Below, piece after piece: positions 27,741 through 41,600 of a stretch of 64,000 nt of DNA. This stretch comes from Felis catus (lineage: Eukaryota). The position numbers and the translations under genes are program-made. Within the stretch, counting starts at the first letter, position 1; each line of letters begins with the position of its first letter. Where the stretch lies: assembly GCF_018350175.1 (NCBI RefSeq), contig NC_058368.1, positions 44,394,001 through 44,458,000 of the forward strand, read 5' to 3'. The notes beneath the pieces were generated by a model. The model worked only from the letters and a program-made list of their open reading frames with translations. It was not told the DNA's origin and searched no databases.

Positions 27741-28824
27741 ATTTTTTTTAAAGTTACTCGTCCTTGAATACATCAATGCTCTTTTCCTCAAAGAATTTTC
27801 CCCTACATAAACACAAAACTACTATGGCATCTGAAAAATCTAATATTGACACACCACTACGTAGTATGTAATATTTGCAATACATTTTCAAATTTCCCCA
27901 AGTGTCTCACTCACTTTTTGAAAATACCAAATTAGATTTATGGAAATGTAAAATTATTGTTTCCATAGAGAGAACCACTCTAAAGGTAAAAAGACACAGA
28001 ATAATTTATGAATGGAGACTTTTTTCTGAATTTGTTATAATTCAATAAATTTCAAACTATTTCATCTATATTGCCCATTTACATTTACTCTCTTAAGCTC
28101 ATTAATGCTACATCTAAATAGGGAGAGATTATGTTATGAATGTTTCTTTTAATTATTTCTTGTAATTGAAAGAAGAATGTGACAAAACATGATATTCATT
28201 AGAATAAAATGGTGAAAACAGTGGCAAGATCAAATTTCTCACAAATATAATTTTGCTTTTCACAATATTACAATAACTTTAATTAAGAGGCATTTTATTC
28301 CAAAACTCTATTACAAAAAGGTAGTTCAAAAAAACTGCTAGTCTAGGTTAACATAATGATAAATAAGAAGAATTTAAATATTTCATTTGTGACCTATTCA
28401 TATATTGTTTATAAGGGGACAGTGAAAAGCACTGACTTTTCTTTGGACACTTCGGACTGCTGAATTTAAATGCCAGCTAAAATCATAGACAATATTTCTT
28501 GAGTAGGTTACTCCTTTTGCAAAGCATGAGTGATTCACCAATAGTTCCAATTCATAGCTTCACACCTGTTCATATTTTATGGAGAGTTGATCAAAGATTA
28601 ATCAAATTTTAACAGCTGTCATGTTATTGATGAATGGTATGGGGCAGTACAGCAATGCATATGAAGTACCAGAAGGAAATATTAGCTGTACACATTACCT
28701 GTAAAAAGTGAAAACAAACAAAAAAATTACAGAAAAACTCTTCTACTTTGAAGTCATCATTTGAGTTTTGATATGTAATAAAGTCATATTCATCTAAAAG
28801 AATCCATTAGAAATTAATCTTCTT

Positions 28825-29045
28825 GGGGAGCCTGGGTAGATCAGTCTGTTGAGCATCCGACGTCGGCTCAGATCATGATCTCACTATTTGAGAGTTGGAA
28901 CCCCTGCGTCAGACTCCGTGCTGACAGCTCAGAGCCTGGAGCCTGCTTCCGATTCTGTGTCTCCCTCTATTCCCCTCTCCCACTCACTTGCGTGCACACA
29001 TTCTCTCTGTCTCTCAAAAATAAACATTTAAAAAATTTAAAAAAA
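28825..29045 (+). mobile_element. Can-SINE
   Basis: SINE body; degenerate TSD agaaattaaYYttct. Confidence 0.94.
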
Positions 29046-30547
29046 AGAAATTAACTTTCTCTAGGAAGCCACTATATTTGGCCTTGTGATTATAAAATAA
29101 TTAACTATATGTGTATTTGAACTTTCTTCATCTTCACCAACTAATACAATAGATAACACATTAAATAAGGAGCAAATATAAGATTCCAGTTCCTATCTAT
29201 GAGGTTTGACATTGGCCATACTTAGCAAAATGTATAAAATGAAAGGCTTCTGAAAAATTGCTTTTGTTTTGACATATACTGTTATTTTTCATGAAAGTAT
29301 AGAATATTAACATCACCTAGATTTATATTTTCATAAATTAAAGAAATATATTAAGTTTTTAGTTTTAATTTAAGAAACAATAAGTATTATTATAACCCAC
29401 ATAAATAAAAGGTTCAAGGGATAATCAATAATTTGAGAGAGTTTCAAGTATGTTGGAGAACAAAATGAGACTCGATCTTCTACTGATGAATTCTCTTAGT
29501 TTTGGTTACTCTAAAATTATTATTTTACTTTCACTGTTGTTAAGATATATTTCCCACAATGATGGCATTACTCTTTTTTCTAATTAACTTGTATATATTG
29601 AAAAGTCAGGTATCATATTAACTTCTACTCATTGATGGAAATATATTTTTTTCTAAATAATATTAGTCTTTTCTCTTTTGTTTCTCAGAAAATATTTAAG
29701 ATTTGCCTAAGTTTGGATTTATTTCTATTTATATTGATTTGGGTTTAATAGTCTTGAACATTTTTCATCTAGGACACTTTCAAAGGTATTACGTGTGTGC
29801 TGGTATGTAATATTTATATATAAAGTAAATAAATTTAATATATAGTGTAGTATGTGCATTTATGTGTATATATGTATGTTACCTGCCTGTTTATTTTGAA
29901 ATTTTGAATTTTTCTATATTCAATTTTTCTTGTCCATCTTAATTTTCTACTTAAAAATCATTTCATTTATTTCCTTCTTTTTTTGGAAGTTATACATTCT
30001 CAATCTTCTCTTTTAGCAACTAATATAAATATTACAACATACATAGTGTATCATTAGTTTTACATCATATCGTAATATAAATTAATTGATCCTTTTTCCA
30101 CATCCCCAAAAATTCTTGGAATTTACAACTTCATTTGCTCCCTCCTTTTGTATGTCATCCAAAAGTAATTCTTAGATCTCAGTCCTCTATATAGGAACAA
30201 CTTTTCTTCTTCCTGAAGCATATCCCTTAAAATTTGTTGTGAAGTGGCTGATAAAGTCTTAACACGGTTTGTCTTAAAATGTCTTTATTAAATTTCATTT
30301 TGGAAAGACCTTTTATTTGCTTTAGAACTTTAGTTTGACATTTAATTTTTTTCAATGTATCACTTTATTGTTGCTCATCTTATTTTTGTTGCTTACTTTG
30401 TTGATTCATCATGATTATTCAATCTACCTACAATTATTTTGATGTCATTTGCCTTTTTTTCTCAAGTTGTGTTTAAGACTTTTTCTTTTCATTAATTTCT
30501 GCATTTATCCTACGGTGTATCTGAACTACATGCTATACTATACGTTT

Positions 30548-30548
30548 T

Positions 30549-30592
<44 letters not shown>

Positions 30593-30968
30593 TGTTGGAG
30601 TATAGTTGACATACAATGTTATATTAGTTTGAGGTGTAGAACATAGTGATTCTACAATACTATGAATTACTCAATGCTCACCACAATAAGTATAATCACC
30701 ATCTGTCATGATACAACATTCTTACAATATTAGTGACTATATTCCCGATGGTTTACTTTTCATCTCAATAGCTTATTTGTTTTATAACTGGAAGTTTGGT
30801 CTTCTTGATCTCTTGAACTATTTTGCTTTTCCCTCCTCTTCCCCCTTTCTAGTAACCACCAGTTTGTTATCTGTATTTATGAGTCTGATTCTATTTTTGT
30901 TTGTTTTCCTAAATTTCACATATAAGTGAAATCATGTTTTTTGCCTTTCTCTGACTTATTTCACTTAG
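30548..30968 (-). mobile_element. L1 3' end (carnivore type) with (TTTA)n tail
   Basis: gtatagttgacatacaatgttatattagttt..cacatataagtgaaatcatg..gacttatttcacttagc. Confidence 0.88.
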
Positions 30969-31265
30969 CTGTATCTTTTTATTTATCTCACTTGACATTC
31001 CTTGGACAACTTCAATATGTGGACCGCTGATTATAATTAACTAGAAAATGTCATCAACTATTATTTATTAAAATATACTGTAGTTTTTACCCTTTTTTAT
31101 TTTCCCTTTCATTCTGAAATTCTAGTTAGATAAATATAATATTGGTACTGCTTATTTATTTTCCTTGTCCCAACTTGTCTTTAATTTTGCCTCACTCTTC
31201 TTCTCAGACTTTTTACAAGTTACTTACTTCTGCCAGTCTTGCAACTTCACGTTGATCTCTTTTGC

Positions 31266-31462
31266 CTTTTTTTTTTTTTTTCTGATAGAGAGATTGAGAG
31301 CTCAAAGGGGGAGAGGCAGAGAGAGAAGGCGAGAGAGAAAATCCCAAGCAGGCTCAGTGCTCTCAGCACAGAGCCCCATTAAGGGCTCAATCCCACAAAG
31401 GCAAGAGCACAACCTGAGCTGAAATCAAGAGTCAGATGTTCAACCAAGACACCCAGGTGCAC
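31266..31462 (-). mobile_element. Can-SINE
   Basis: Poly-T tail; TSD ttttgccttt. Confidence 0.92.
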
Positions 31463-31489
31463 CTATTTTGCCTTTTCTAATGCACTTTT

Positions 31490-31713
31490 CTTCTTTTTTT
31501 TAAATATGAAATTTATTGTCAAATTGGTTTCCATGCAACACCCAGTGCTCATCTCAACAAGTGAACTCCTCAATGCCTATCACCGACCCCCCATCAACCC
31601 TCAGTTTATTCTCAGTTTTTAAGAGTCTCTTATGGTTTGTCTCTCTCCCTCTCCAACCTTTTTCTTCCCCCATGGTCTTCTGTTAAGTTTCTCAGGATCC
31701 ACATAAGAGTGAA
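31490..31713 (-). mobile_element. Short felid-type L1 3'UTR
   Basis: Reverse complement of the 3'UTR at 15730-15965 (aatatgaaatttattgtcaaattggtttcca..ggatccacataagagtgaa). Confidence 0.92.
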
Positions 31714-33692
31714 TTTCTGTATTCATCCTTTAAGTTTTAGCAATTATTGTATTTTGCATTCAATAGGCTTTATTTGATTACTTGTTTAATGTGTTAGAAT
31801 TTTATATTGTTTCTTTCAGACATTTTCTGATTTGCCATTGATTTTTATAAACACAGTAGAATAAGAATATTTGTTTTATAAACAACGTGTGGTATTTCTT
31901 CTTTTTTTAAGTTTTATTTAAATTCCAGTTAGTGTATTAGTTTCAGTAGTAGAATTTTGTGATTCATCACTTGCATGCAACAGACTGTCATATTTCTGAT
32001 CTTAGTCTTTGCTAGTCTGTTTCTGATATCCACTTTATCTGTTATTTCTTGCTCATGATACATTCTTTTGTATATATTTGATTATTTTGTTTCATTTTTA
32101 AATTGAGTTAATCACTTTATTTTGACAATTATTTGTGGAAATAATTTATGGGTCAAAAACTAAAGTGATTTCCCCAGGTTATTCTAGTATTATGTTGCTT
32201 GGCACTTTAGTATCCTACCAATCTCAGACTTCTCCGAACTATACTTATAACTTAAGATATTAAAATTGTTTTAACCACAGAATTAATGTAGGATATAGAG
32301 GGAATTCTGTGTAAGAAGACATAGTTTTGTTTTCACTGTTTACCTAACAGTTTTAGATGTTCTGAATGGAAAGTTTTATCAGAATGCTATAGCTCACATG
32401 GCCTATATAATTTTTTATGCACCCTTTTCAATCCTGGTAACTATTCATGATAAATTGAAGATTTTAACATCTGGAGGTTAAGTCATTATATTCACTCCAA
32501 GACCTGCCATCATCCTGAGAGATGGTAATTGTCATATAAATTAGCTGGTCAGCAAGCTGTCCTCTCAGGGCCATGACTTTTCCTATTTCCATCTTATTCG
32601 TCCATGACTAGATCATTGATCTTATTTTTATCTAGAATTTTTCTCTAATCTATCGCTGCATCTCCATTTACAAATACAAATATTGTTCATTTTAATTTAA
32701 TTAAGTAATAAAGAGCCTGGTTTTTGGCAATGCATGCTAGTTTTAAAAGTTATATATTTTTATAGAATGAGTGTTCTCTATGATGTCTAGATTTATAGGG
32801 AATTACATATTTTTATACATATTTTTTGGTACAGCATACCAAAAAAGTAGGTAGATAAAACATAACTTTGAAACATCTTCTTATATTAACATACATTTTG
32901 ATAAATAATGTTGTTTTCAGGAATGATATTTTGGTATAATGATTTGCTTCTTAAAACATGAGACAAAACTGTGACTTGCGAATAACTGCTGAATGCTATA
33001 TAAAGTGAAACTATAATTACTTCTGTGGTAACAGGACAATTAATTTTTGACATGATAAAAGAAGGTTATATGAAATGACAAAAGAAAGTGAGAAAAAATA
33101 TTTGGATACCTTGAAATTAACAACATTATGTTTCTCTTTTAAATTATTAAAACCTCTATTAAAATTAAAAGACATGTTGAGTTTGGGGAACATTTTCATT
33201 TACTTAGATATCATTCCATAAATACATGATATATAAGCTATGTAAAGTTTTTGTGAAATTCATAAAAATTTAGTTTTATGCAGAAACATTTAAATTTACC
33301 AAAACATTAAGACTAGATTTCCTGTATCCCACAAATTCTAATCATCTTCACCCAAATACACAATTCTAAAAATAATAGTATAGCACATATATGGCTTTCA
33401 GCTGCTGCTTAGTTACATTCTCACCTGATAACATCCCCCCTTTTGTGCCTCAGTCATAATAGCTTGTAACACAAGCCATTTCTAGTCTGAGTGAATTTGC
33501 ACTGTATACTCTGATAAAAATCTCCTCTAGATTCTTCTTAAGGATTGCATTTTTACATGTTTTAAAAATTTATTGAAATCTGACTTCCTTTGATATGGTT
33601 TCACTGTGTACCTCATCTAAATTACCTGCTGCCACTAAGTCATCATAGCACATTAACCACAATCATAAAATGTTTGTGGGTTTGTACACATA

Positions 33693-34149
33693 TAGTTCTC
33701 CCTTATCTGTGGTTTCCCTTTCTAGGGTTCCAGTGACCCACAGTTAACCATGGTGTGGAAGCAGTGATCTTCCTTCTGACACACAGGCAGAAGGTCAATA
33801 GTAACCTAATGCCATGTCACAATGCCTGTGTCATTCACTGCCTTTCACCCCACATAGGCATTTTATCATTTCACATCATCACAAGAAAAATGAGTTTAAT
33901 ACAATAGGATATTTTGAGAGAGACCACATTCACATAACTAAATTACAGTATATTGTTATAAATGTTTTATTTTACCATTAGTTATCATTGTTAATATCTT
34001 ACTGTACCTAATTTATAAATTAAACTTTATCATAGGTATGTACATATAGAAAAAAAACAAGGTATATTTAGGGTTCGATATTATCTATGGTTTCAGGCAT
34101 CCACTGAGAGTCTTGGAACATATCCCCTATAGATAAGAGGTGACTACTG
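33693..34149. mobile_element. MER44/Tigger7-family non-autonomous DNA transposon
   Basis: TIRs tagttctcccttatctgtgg / gataagaggtgactactg flanked by TA; internal gaaggtcaatagtaacctaatgc and tttcaggcatccactg. Confidence 0.88.
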
Positions 34150-34279
34150 TATATCTATGTAAGTATGATCAGTTCCCTTTGTGCAATGTGTCTTTATACT
34201 GTATAAAATTCTTTCATTCTTAGAAGAAACATATACATTGTTAGGTGCATAGAAAGAATAAAAAACTATTTTCCATTAA

Positions 34280-35135
34280 TTACATGGAACATTCTCTAGG
34301 ATAGACTGTATGTTGGGTCACAAAACAAGTCTTAACAAATTTAACATTGAAGTCATACCCAGGATCTTTTATCACATAATGGAATTAAACTAGAAATCAA
34401 TAACAAGAATAAAACTGGAAAATTCATAAACATGTGAAAAGTATACAGTAGACTCCTGAACAACCAACGGGTCAAAGGGGAAAGAAAAAAATATCTTGAA
34501 ACAAACAAAAATGGGCATACATCATATTGAAATTTACTCGATGTTGAAAAAGCAGTTCTATGAGGGAAGGTTTTTTTTTTAATTGTATTTAATGATTATT
34601 TATTTTTGAGAGAGAGTGAAAACAGCGTGAGCAGGGGAGGGTCAGAGAGAGAGGGAGACACAGAATCTGAAGTAGGCTCCAGGCTCTGAGCTGTCAGCAC
34701 AGAGTTCATGAACTCATGAACCATGGTATCATGATCTGAGCAGAAGTTGGACACTTAACCAACTGAGCCACGCAGGTGTCCCCAAGAGGGAAGTTTATAG
34801 TGATAAATACCTACATTAAGAAAAAAAAAATCTCAAATAAACAACCTCACTTTATGCCTCAAGAAACTAGAAATAGAAGAATAAACTAAGTCCAAAGTTA
34901 GCAGAAGGAGGCTAAATAGAATAATAGAATAATAATAATAATAGAATAGAGGCTAAAAAGACAATAGAAAATCTCAATAAAAATAAGGGATATTCTTTAA
35001 CAAAATTGGCAAACCTTTAGCTAGACATAAAAAATGGAAGATTCAAATAAATGAAATCATAAATGAATTGGGAAACATTACATTGGGAAACTGATACTGC
35101 AGAAATATAAAGGATCATAAGGATATTATGAACAA
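34280..35135 (+). mobile_element. L1 ORF2 endonuclease-region fragment interrupted by a SINE
   Basis: ggaacattctctaggatagactgtatgttgggtcacaaaacaagtcttaacaaattt reads GTFSRID.MLGHKTSLNKF. Confidence 0.88.
34571..34783 (-). mobile_element. Can-SINE nested in L1
   Basis: SINE body; gagggaag repeated on both flanks. Confidence 0.94.
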
Positions 35136-36019
35136 TCCTCTCTCCTAAGCCATAAGTAGTATAGTAAGAAAGTATGGTGATAGCAATATGTACTTGAATT
35201 CATTATTTTTAATGGCTTAAAAAGATTTTATGGACCTACTCATTAAAGGTAAAGTATAATTCATCAGTAAGGATCATAAATATTGCCACTTGGAATTATT
35301 TGGTGATAGTATTTTATAAATTAGAATATTTGCAGTTTCAAGAAGACTCTATTTCTATCAACTTAGGTGTATAAACACCTTTACAAATATCTAAGTAGTT
35401 AGTAACAAGGTTAATAGAGAGACACCATCTACCAAGAGATGGCAAAGTATATGACTAATTTTCTACTGCAAAGTCGAAACTTATAGCACATTTTGTATTT
35501 CCCAAATGAGTACTCTCTTTCTTAGGTATTTAAGACTCACAGTTAATGTTTAATTAAATAAGCAAAGTTGTAATGTCCCCTCCTGCCCCATGAATCCACT
35601 AAGATCCCTAGCTTAAGAAGGGACTTTAATCCGTTCCCCTGACTCCAGATAAAGACTATTACAATCTGATGTTATAGAAAAGGAATCACTGAAGCCCTAA
35701 TAGTAATTTTTTTTGTCAGGTACAAATAGGGGCAGATCCCAGAAAAAAGACACATTAATACAGAACGAGCATAGATCATGGTGCATCAGACTTTTTCTGG
35801 GGTGGCTATCCCAGGCCTTCTTCTGTAGGGATCAACTCTGATTTCACGATTTCTGTGAGTGGTCAGGCACCTGAAGACTAAGCAGAATTATCTATAAAAG
35901 TGCCTGGATGTTGAGGGGATGGGCTACTAATCCCTGAACGATATCTGTGATGATCAAGTGCCTATGTTGGATTTAGGAGACAAATATAGTAAAGAAGCTA
36001 TTTTAAATATGTTTAAATA

Positions 36020-36232
36020 TTTAAAAAATTAACATTTATTTTTGAGACATAAGGAGACAGAACACAGCAAGATGGTGCACAGAGATAGAGAGAGGGAGAC
36101 ACAGAATCCGAAGCAGGCTGCAGGCTCTGAGCTGTCAGCACAGAGCCCAATGTGGGGCTCTAACTCATGGCCAGCGAGATCATGACCTGAGCTGAAGTCA
36201 GATACTCAACTGACTGAGTCACCCAGGCACCC
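36020..36232 (-). mobile_element. Can-SINE
   Basis: TSD ctattttaaatatg at 35998 and 36233. Confidence 0.95.
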
Positions 36233-36428
36233 CTATTTTAAATATGATTAAAGCAGAAAATATAATGTTTTTTTTTTATTTAAAGTGGAAAACAATGAAT
36301 GAAAAGAAAGAGAATCCAGAATAGGAGGTAAAAACAATGAAATATGTCAAGGTTGAACTAAAAAGTTCAATAATTTAAATGGAAAATTCCTATATGAGTT
36401 TAAGAGCAAACCGGAGATTATAGATATT

Positions 36429-36638
36429 GTTTTTTTTAAGCCTATTTATTTTGAGAGACAGAGAGACAGAACATATGAACAGGGAAGGGGCAGAGAGAGG
36501 GGGTGGTGAGAATCGCAAGCAGGCTCCACACTGACAGCGCAGAGCCCCACATGGGGCTCGAAGCCATGAACCGTGAGATTATGGCCTGAGCCGAAGTCAA
36601 GAGTCAGAAGTTTAACTTATTGAGCCACCAGGTGCCCC
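36429..36638 (-). mobile_element. Can-SINE
   Basis: SINE body and T tail. Confidence 0.93.
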
Positions 36639-37853
36639 AAGGAGAAATTCTTAATGAATGTGAAAACTGAGTAATGGAAATTATTCTAAGCAAAGAACAG
36701 TGAAAAACCAAACAAACAAACAAACAAAACTGAAGACAAATGATCAGAGCTGCACTGACCTGTGGGACAGTACTAAACAGTGTAACAACAGAACTCTCTG
36801 AAGGAAAGTAGAGGGAGGCTGAGGCAGAAAACACTTAAAGAAAATGGCAAACATTTTACAAGTTTTGTGGGAAAGAACATTAGTGTACAAATTCAAGAGG
36901 CCAGCAAATATCAAGATAGATAAATATAAAAGGAAACCATGAATGGACGTTGATTTTTGTCAAGAGATTTTGCTGTCAGTAATCTGTTTTTCACAGAAAT
37001 AAAAAGCAAAAATAGTATAATAGTTCTAGTAGGTGTAAAAAAAATCACTGAACAGAATTCAACACTCATTTAAAGAAAAAAATAAAACACACTTACCAAA
37101 TTAGAATGAGAAATATTTTACTCGATGTGATATTGGCCTTTTACCAAATATATATGTAAATATAAGTAAACCTATTGTTATATACACATTGATTTCACAT
37201 TATGATGTATGATATGAGTGAATTATTGATGTCTTTCCCCTAAGAATGGCTAGGTCTCAGGGATATACCACATGCCATAACTCCTTAGGGATCAATATCA
37301 GATCTGCATTTGGAGGCTATGGAAAGTACTATAATTTACAATGCATGTTTTACCAACAATGCCACATGCTTATTTAGCCTGGAAACTGTTTTGTCTCACA
37401 TAAAATATGAGTAATTTTGACAAATATTCTCTAGTCAACTGATTTCTCACTGCTTACTTAGTAAGGAAATGTAGAGACTTAAATCCAAACCTAGTATATG
37501 TTATAATTCTCAGTATAGTTTATACATCCATTTATTTTCAAAAAGTTTATCCTTTGTTATTCATAATTTTTTGAGTCAAATAAGTTCTCCAAAAAACAAC
37601 ACTATGTAGATGTCTACACCAGGCCACAGATGAATGATGGTAGTGCTTATTAAATAAGATATCTGACACACACACAATAAGTAAAGAAAGGTAGCCAGTA
37701 GTCTTTATAGACCTATTTTTTCAACCAAGCCAAATTGTATTTAAATTTATATATTACAGTTTCCTGTCTGTTATACTCCCATTGATCTTTACAACAATAC
37801 CGAGTTAGAACATGCTCATTATTATGATAAACATGGCAAGTATGTACATAGAC

Positions 37854-37969
37854 AGTACAATATAGGTTTGGTTTATGTCCTTCAAATGGTCAAGTATAAA
37901 TCCCTGAAGTGATAAAGTACAATATAGGTTTGGCTTCAAATGGTCAAGTATAAATCCCTGAAGTGATAA
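37854..37969. repeat. Tandem duplication, 62-nt unit plus 54-nt copy
   Basis: agtacaatataggtttgg..cttcaaatggtcaagtataaatccctgaagtgataa twice; second copy lacks tttatgtc. Confidence 0.95.
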
Positions 37970-38537
37970 AGTGCAAAATACTTAAGGTTATAGTGTAAGG
38001 TTAGAAGATAATTGGTATCAATCCAGAAATAACTATAGCTACTGCTTTTCTCATGATGCAACTTCTCATGAGAAGTTGATTGTTTTATTTTTGAAAGCAT
38101 GAAGGATCCAATCCAAAGGAACTCTCTGAAATAATAATTAACTGAAAGAGTAATTCAAGCAGGATAAATATCAAAAAGTTACTCAAGAGTTAAGTGTTTG
38201 GAAGAACGGTAGCCAGAGCTTTGCTCACTGAGAAGTTCCAAGTACAAGCAAATGTGGACTGTCCCCTGAGGAAATCTAAGAGTTCTGCAGAGAACAGCAA
38301 CACATGTTTGTCAGTTTCTGGACTACATTTCCATAAGCAAAATGCAACAGTTTAAATGACTGAAGAGAAATTTGATTATATTAAGATAGGACTATTTCAT
38401 TACAAAGAAAAAAATGTAGTCTCAGAAAATATCTAGAATTCTGAATAGCTCTTTACTGTTTTTGTTGGTGTTTGTTGCTGTTTGTATTTTATTTTTATCT
38501 CAAAAATCTTAGGAAATTGGAAAAAGGAAGAATTTTA

Positions 38538-38658
38538 TTTTTTATTTTTATTTTTTAAGGATTTTATTTTTAAATAATCCCTACATCCAATGTGGGACTC
38601 AAACTCACAACCCTGAGGCCAAGAGTCGCACGCTTTACTGACTGCAGCCAGGTGCCCC
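38538..38658 (-). mobile_element. Short Can-SINE
   Basis: TSD aaaaggaagaatttta at 38522 and 38659. Confidence 0.92.
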
Positions 38659-41600
38659 AAAAGGAAGAATTTTAATCAAAAGATATTTTCTTCTGAATAT
38701 TTTACAGAATTCAATTAAGTTCATCATCTGAATTTACTGTTGCATTTAGTGTAAAATTTTCTACATCCTTTAATTATATACATATATATATATTTATAAA
38801 TGGCACATACAAGTTTAATTATATATAGTATGTACATGCAAATTGAGTATGTCGTAAGATCCCTGCATACAATAAGACTCTGATCATTTCATTGTTTCAT
38901 TGATTTTATTTCTACCAAACCTTAGGGGCATGTTCATGTTTAATAGCTTGTTGTACTGCAAGATGACTGAAGAGCAGCTTGCCCTTCTTGTGTAAAACGT
39001 TAGAGGCGTTTTAGCGGCTAAAATCACTTAACAGCAACTTCTAAACTTTGATTTATTCACTGCCAAAATCATTCAGTTAAGACTTCATTCATCTTGTTTG
39101 GCTAGTCCAATTTCTTTGGATAAAAATGAAAGTAGTTCTCTGAAATTTCCTTTGAAATTATAAATATGCAGCAAGGTCATTTCTCTTGGGCAGGTTTTGT
39201 TGTGAATAAAAGCTTAGCTGATGGCAGACTGTATTTCCAAGACACTTGGGTGACCAAAACCACTATCATAGTTGGCTATCACCTTAATACATTAGGGCAT
39301 TCATTTAGAAAAGCAGATAAGCAGTCATAATGGCTTCACTGTATGTCTCAAAGGAAGTAGGAAAGAGGAAATAACAAATTCATTTATGGTTTAGTTGGAG
39401 TTCTAATACACAAGTTAATCATTTGTTTTAACTTATAATATCCAAACTCAAGCTATTATGAAGTGGCCTGTTAGTTGCTTTATGACTTTGAATAAAATAT
39501 TAGGTTCATAAATTTATTTTCATTCACTTATGGTCCCTATCCTGTACTTTCATAACATAGGCTAAGCCATTTATCAATTGTAAAATATTTCAGTGGGAAT
39601 TTTCTTGATTGAGAATATTTGGTGACCATATTTCTTTTGTTGACCACTGTTTTCTGATGACTACTAGCCTAGTGTCTGGCATAGAGAAGGAACACATTAT
39701 AAATTCTTCAATCAAATTAATGGCTAAAGAGTACACTCACTTTGGAAGCAAAGAAAAAGAAGAGCAAGAACAAGAAAAAGAAGACAATAAAAGAAAGGGA
39801 GGAGGAGGGAAAGGAAGACAAGGAGGGAGAAGGAAAAGGACGAGGGGGGAAAGGAAGAGTAGGAATAATTCCATATCACTACTAAGTAAATTTCCATTCC
39901 TTCATACTGCCTATTTTCTGATAGAAAAAAAAAGCCTATCTTTTGCCATGTGTATTTAATAAAATAAAAGATAAACTTATTTTTTCTATCAGTAATTCCT
40001 CAAAAAAAGTGCAACAAAATGTTTTAATTTCCTTCCACTATTGCTTGTCCATTTTATTTGGGGCAGACTCTCCTTAAAACGTTACTAGAAAAAATGATGC
40101 TTTCGTTCCTAGCAGTTACTTTGATATTACTGGAATATTCTGACATTGAAATAGTTCTGTCAATAGGGAGATAAAAGTTGTAAGATATCAAAGTGATCTG
40201 GAATAGCCTATACCCCACTCTGTAAAATAATCGCTTTTGTGTTTTCAATAAAGATAATTTCATTTGTTTTCTAGGTGGGATAAAATTTAGTAAACATCAT
40301 TTATGTGAAGTTATTTCCTAGAGATTTTATATTCCTAGCAGTGTTTTCCTTACTTTAATTTGCCATTGGGTCTACATAGTTTAAGCATATACTCTGGTAA
40401 ATCAAATGTTTGAAATACAATGAATTCCATGAAACCAGAAATAAGATTGTATATTTTTAGATTTCAATGACTAATTACCTATAGTGTTAATCTAGATGTA
40501 GGACATTAAAAGTTTCTGATGTAAGTGCTTGATAAATATATGTTGATTTTATGTAGAATGATGTACATAGCATTGAAAATCACTAATATAAGGCACGCAT
40601 ATTTTTCTTGGATAGTGAAAAAAATCACCACAGACAAAAATATTAACACAAGGATAATGAGGTGGTCCTATCATTACACTACTTTAATAAGTGCTTGATG
40701 CAAACTATTTTGCACTTTTTCTTCCCTTGGTTTCCTATTTTCTCTCTTTTCAAACTATTGTGATATATAAAAAGTTTTTTTGCTTTATTTGTAGAAAACA
40801 ACTAGAAACTTTATATGGCAACGTGTACCATTTCAAAGTAATTATGAGGGAAGCACACTAGAAAGTGTAGAGATAAACAAAATACAACCCTGATTGTGAA
40901 GAATGGAGAATCATGGAAAAATCATAGATTAAAAACAGAGAATATGAGCATGTTAATGATAATATGCTACCAACTACATCCAGCAAACAGACTACTTGCA
41001 CTCCTTAGCGTGTCAGTTTTGAAAAAAAGATTTTCTACAGATTCAAAGACAAACTTCATCGAGCATGAAATTTTAAAAAGAATTTTAACTCTGTCTGAAA
41101 TCTTTTATCAAAGAGTGAATTGAAAGCTTAAAAAATTATGACAGTTTAATTTGTATACTAGACTATCAACTGCTTAGCATTAATTCAATGGCAAGTGGTC
41201 ACATTCTGATATGACTTGCAACTATCCTATCTATAATATACCACCCTTTTATATCACTTTTTGTCAGCTTAGTTTTCTTGCTGCCGTCGCTTTTACCTTT
41301 GTACTAGCTTCCTGCTTCTTTACCCTTATTTTAATTTTCGTTGAAATAAACAAGTAGATTTACAAATCTTACAATTTTTTTTTCTGGACTAAAAGTGTGG
41401 GGTGAATTGTTCTATTGCTAAAGCTTTATTTCTTACTTGTGTGAATAGAGATGCAATAATAGAAATTGTTGTACAGGAACAACTTCAACCACAAGAGTGT
41501 TTTTAGCATTAACAGACAAGTATCTGTTCACAAAAGGGGCATTATGGGAAAAAACAAACACACAATACAAAACTCTCCAATTATAAGAAGAGCTGAAGGG

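Noticed and set aside
39609..39959. 116-aa basic ORF
   Set aside because: L2-like tail plus purine low-complexity tract; no domain recognised.
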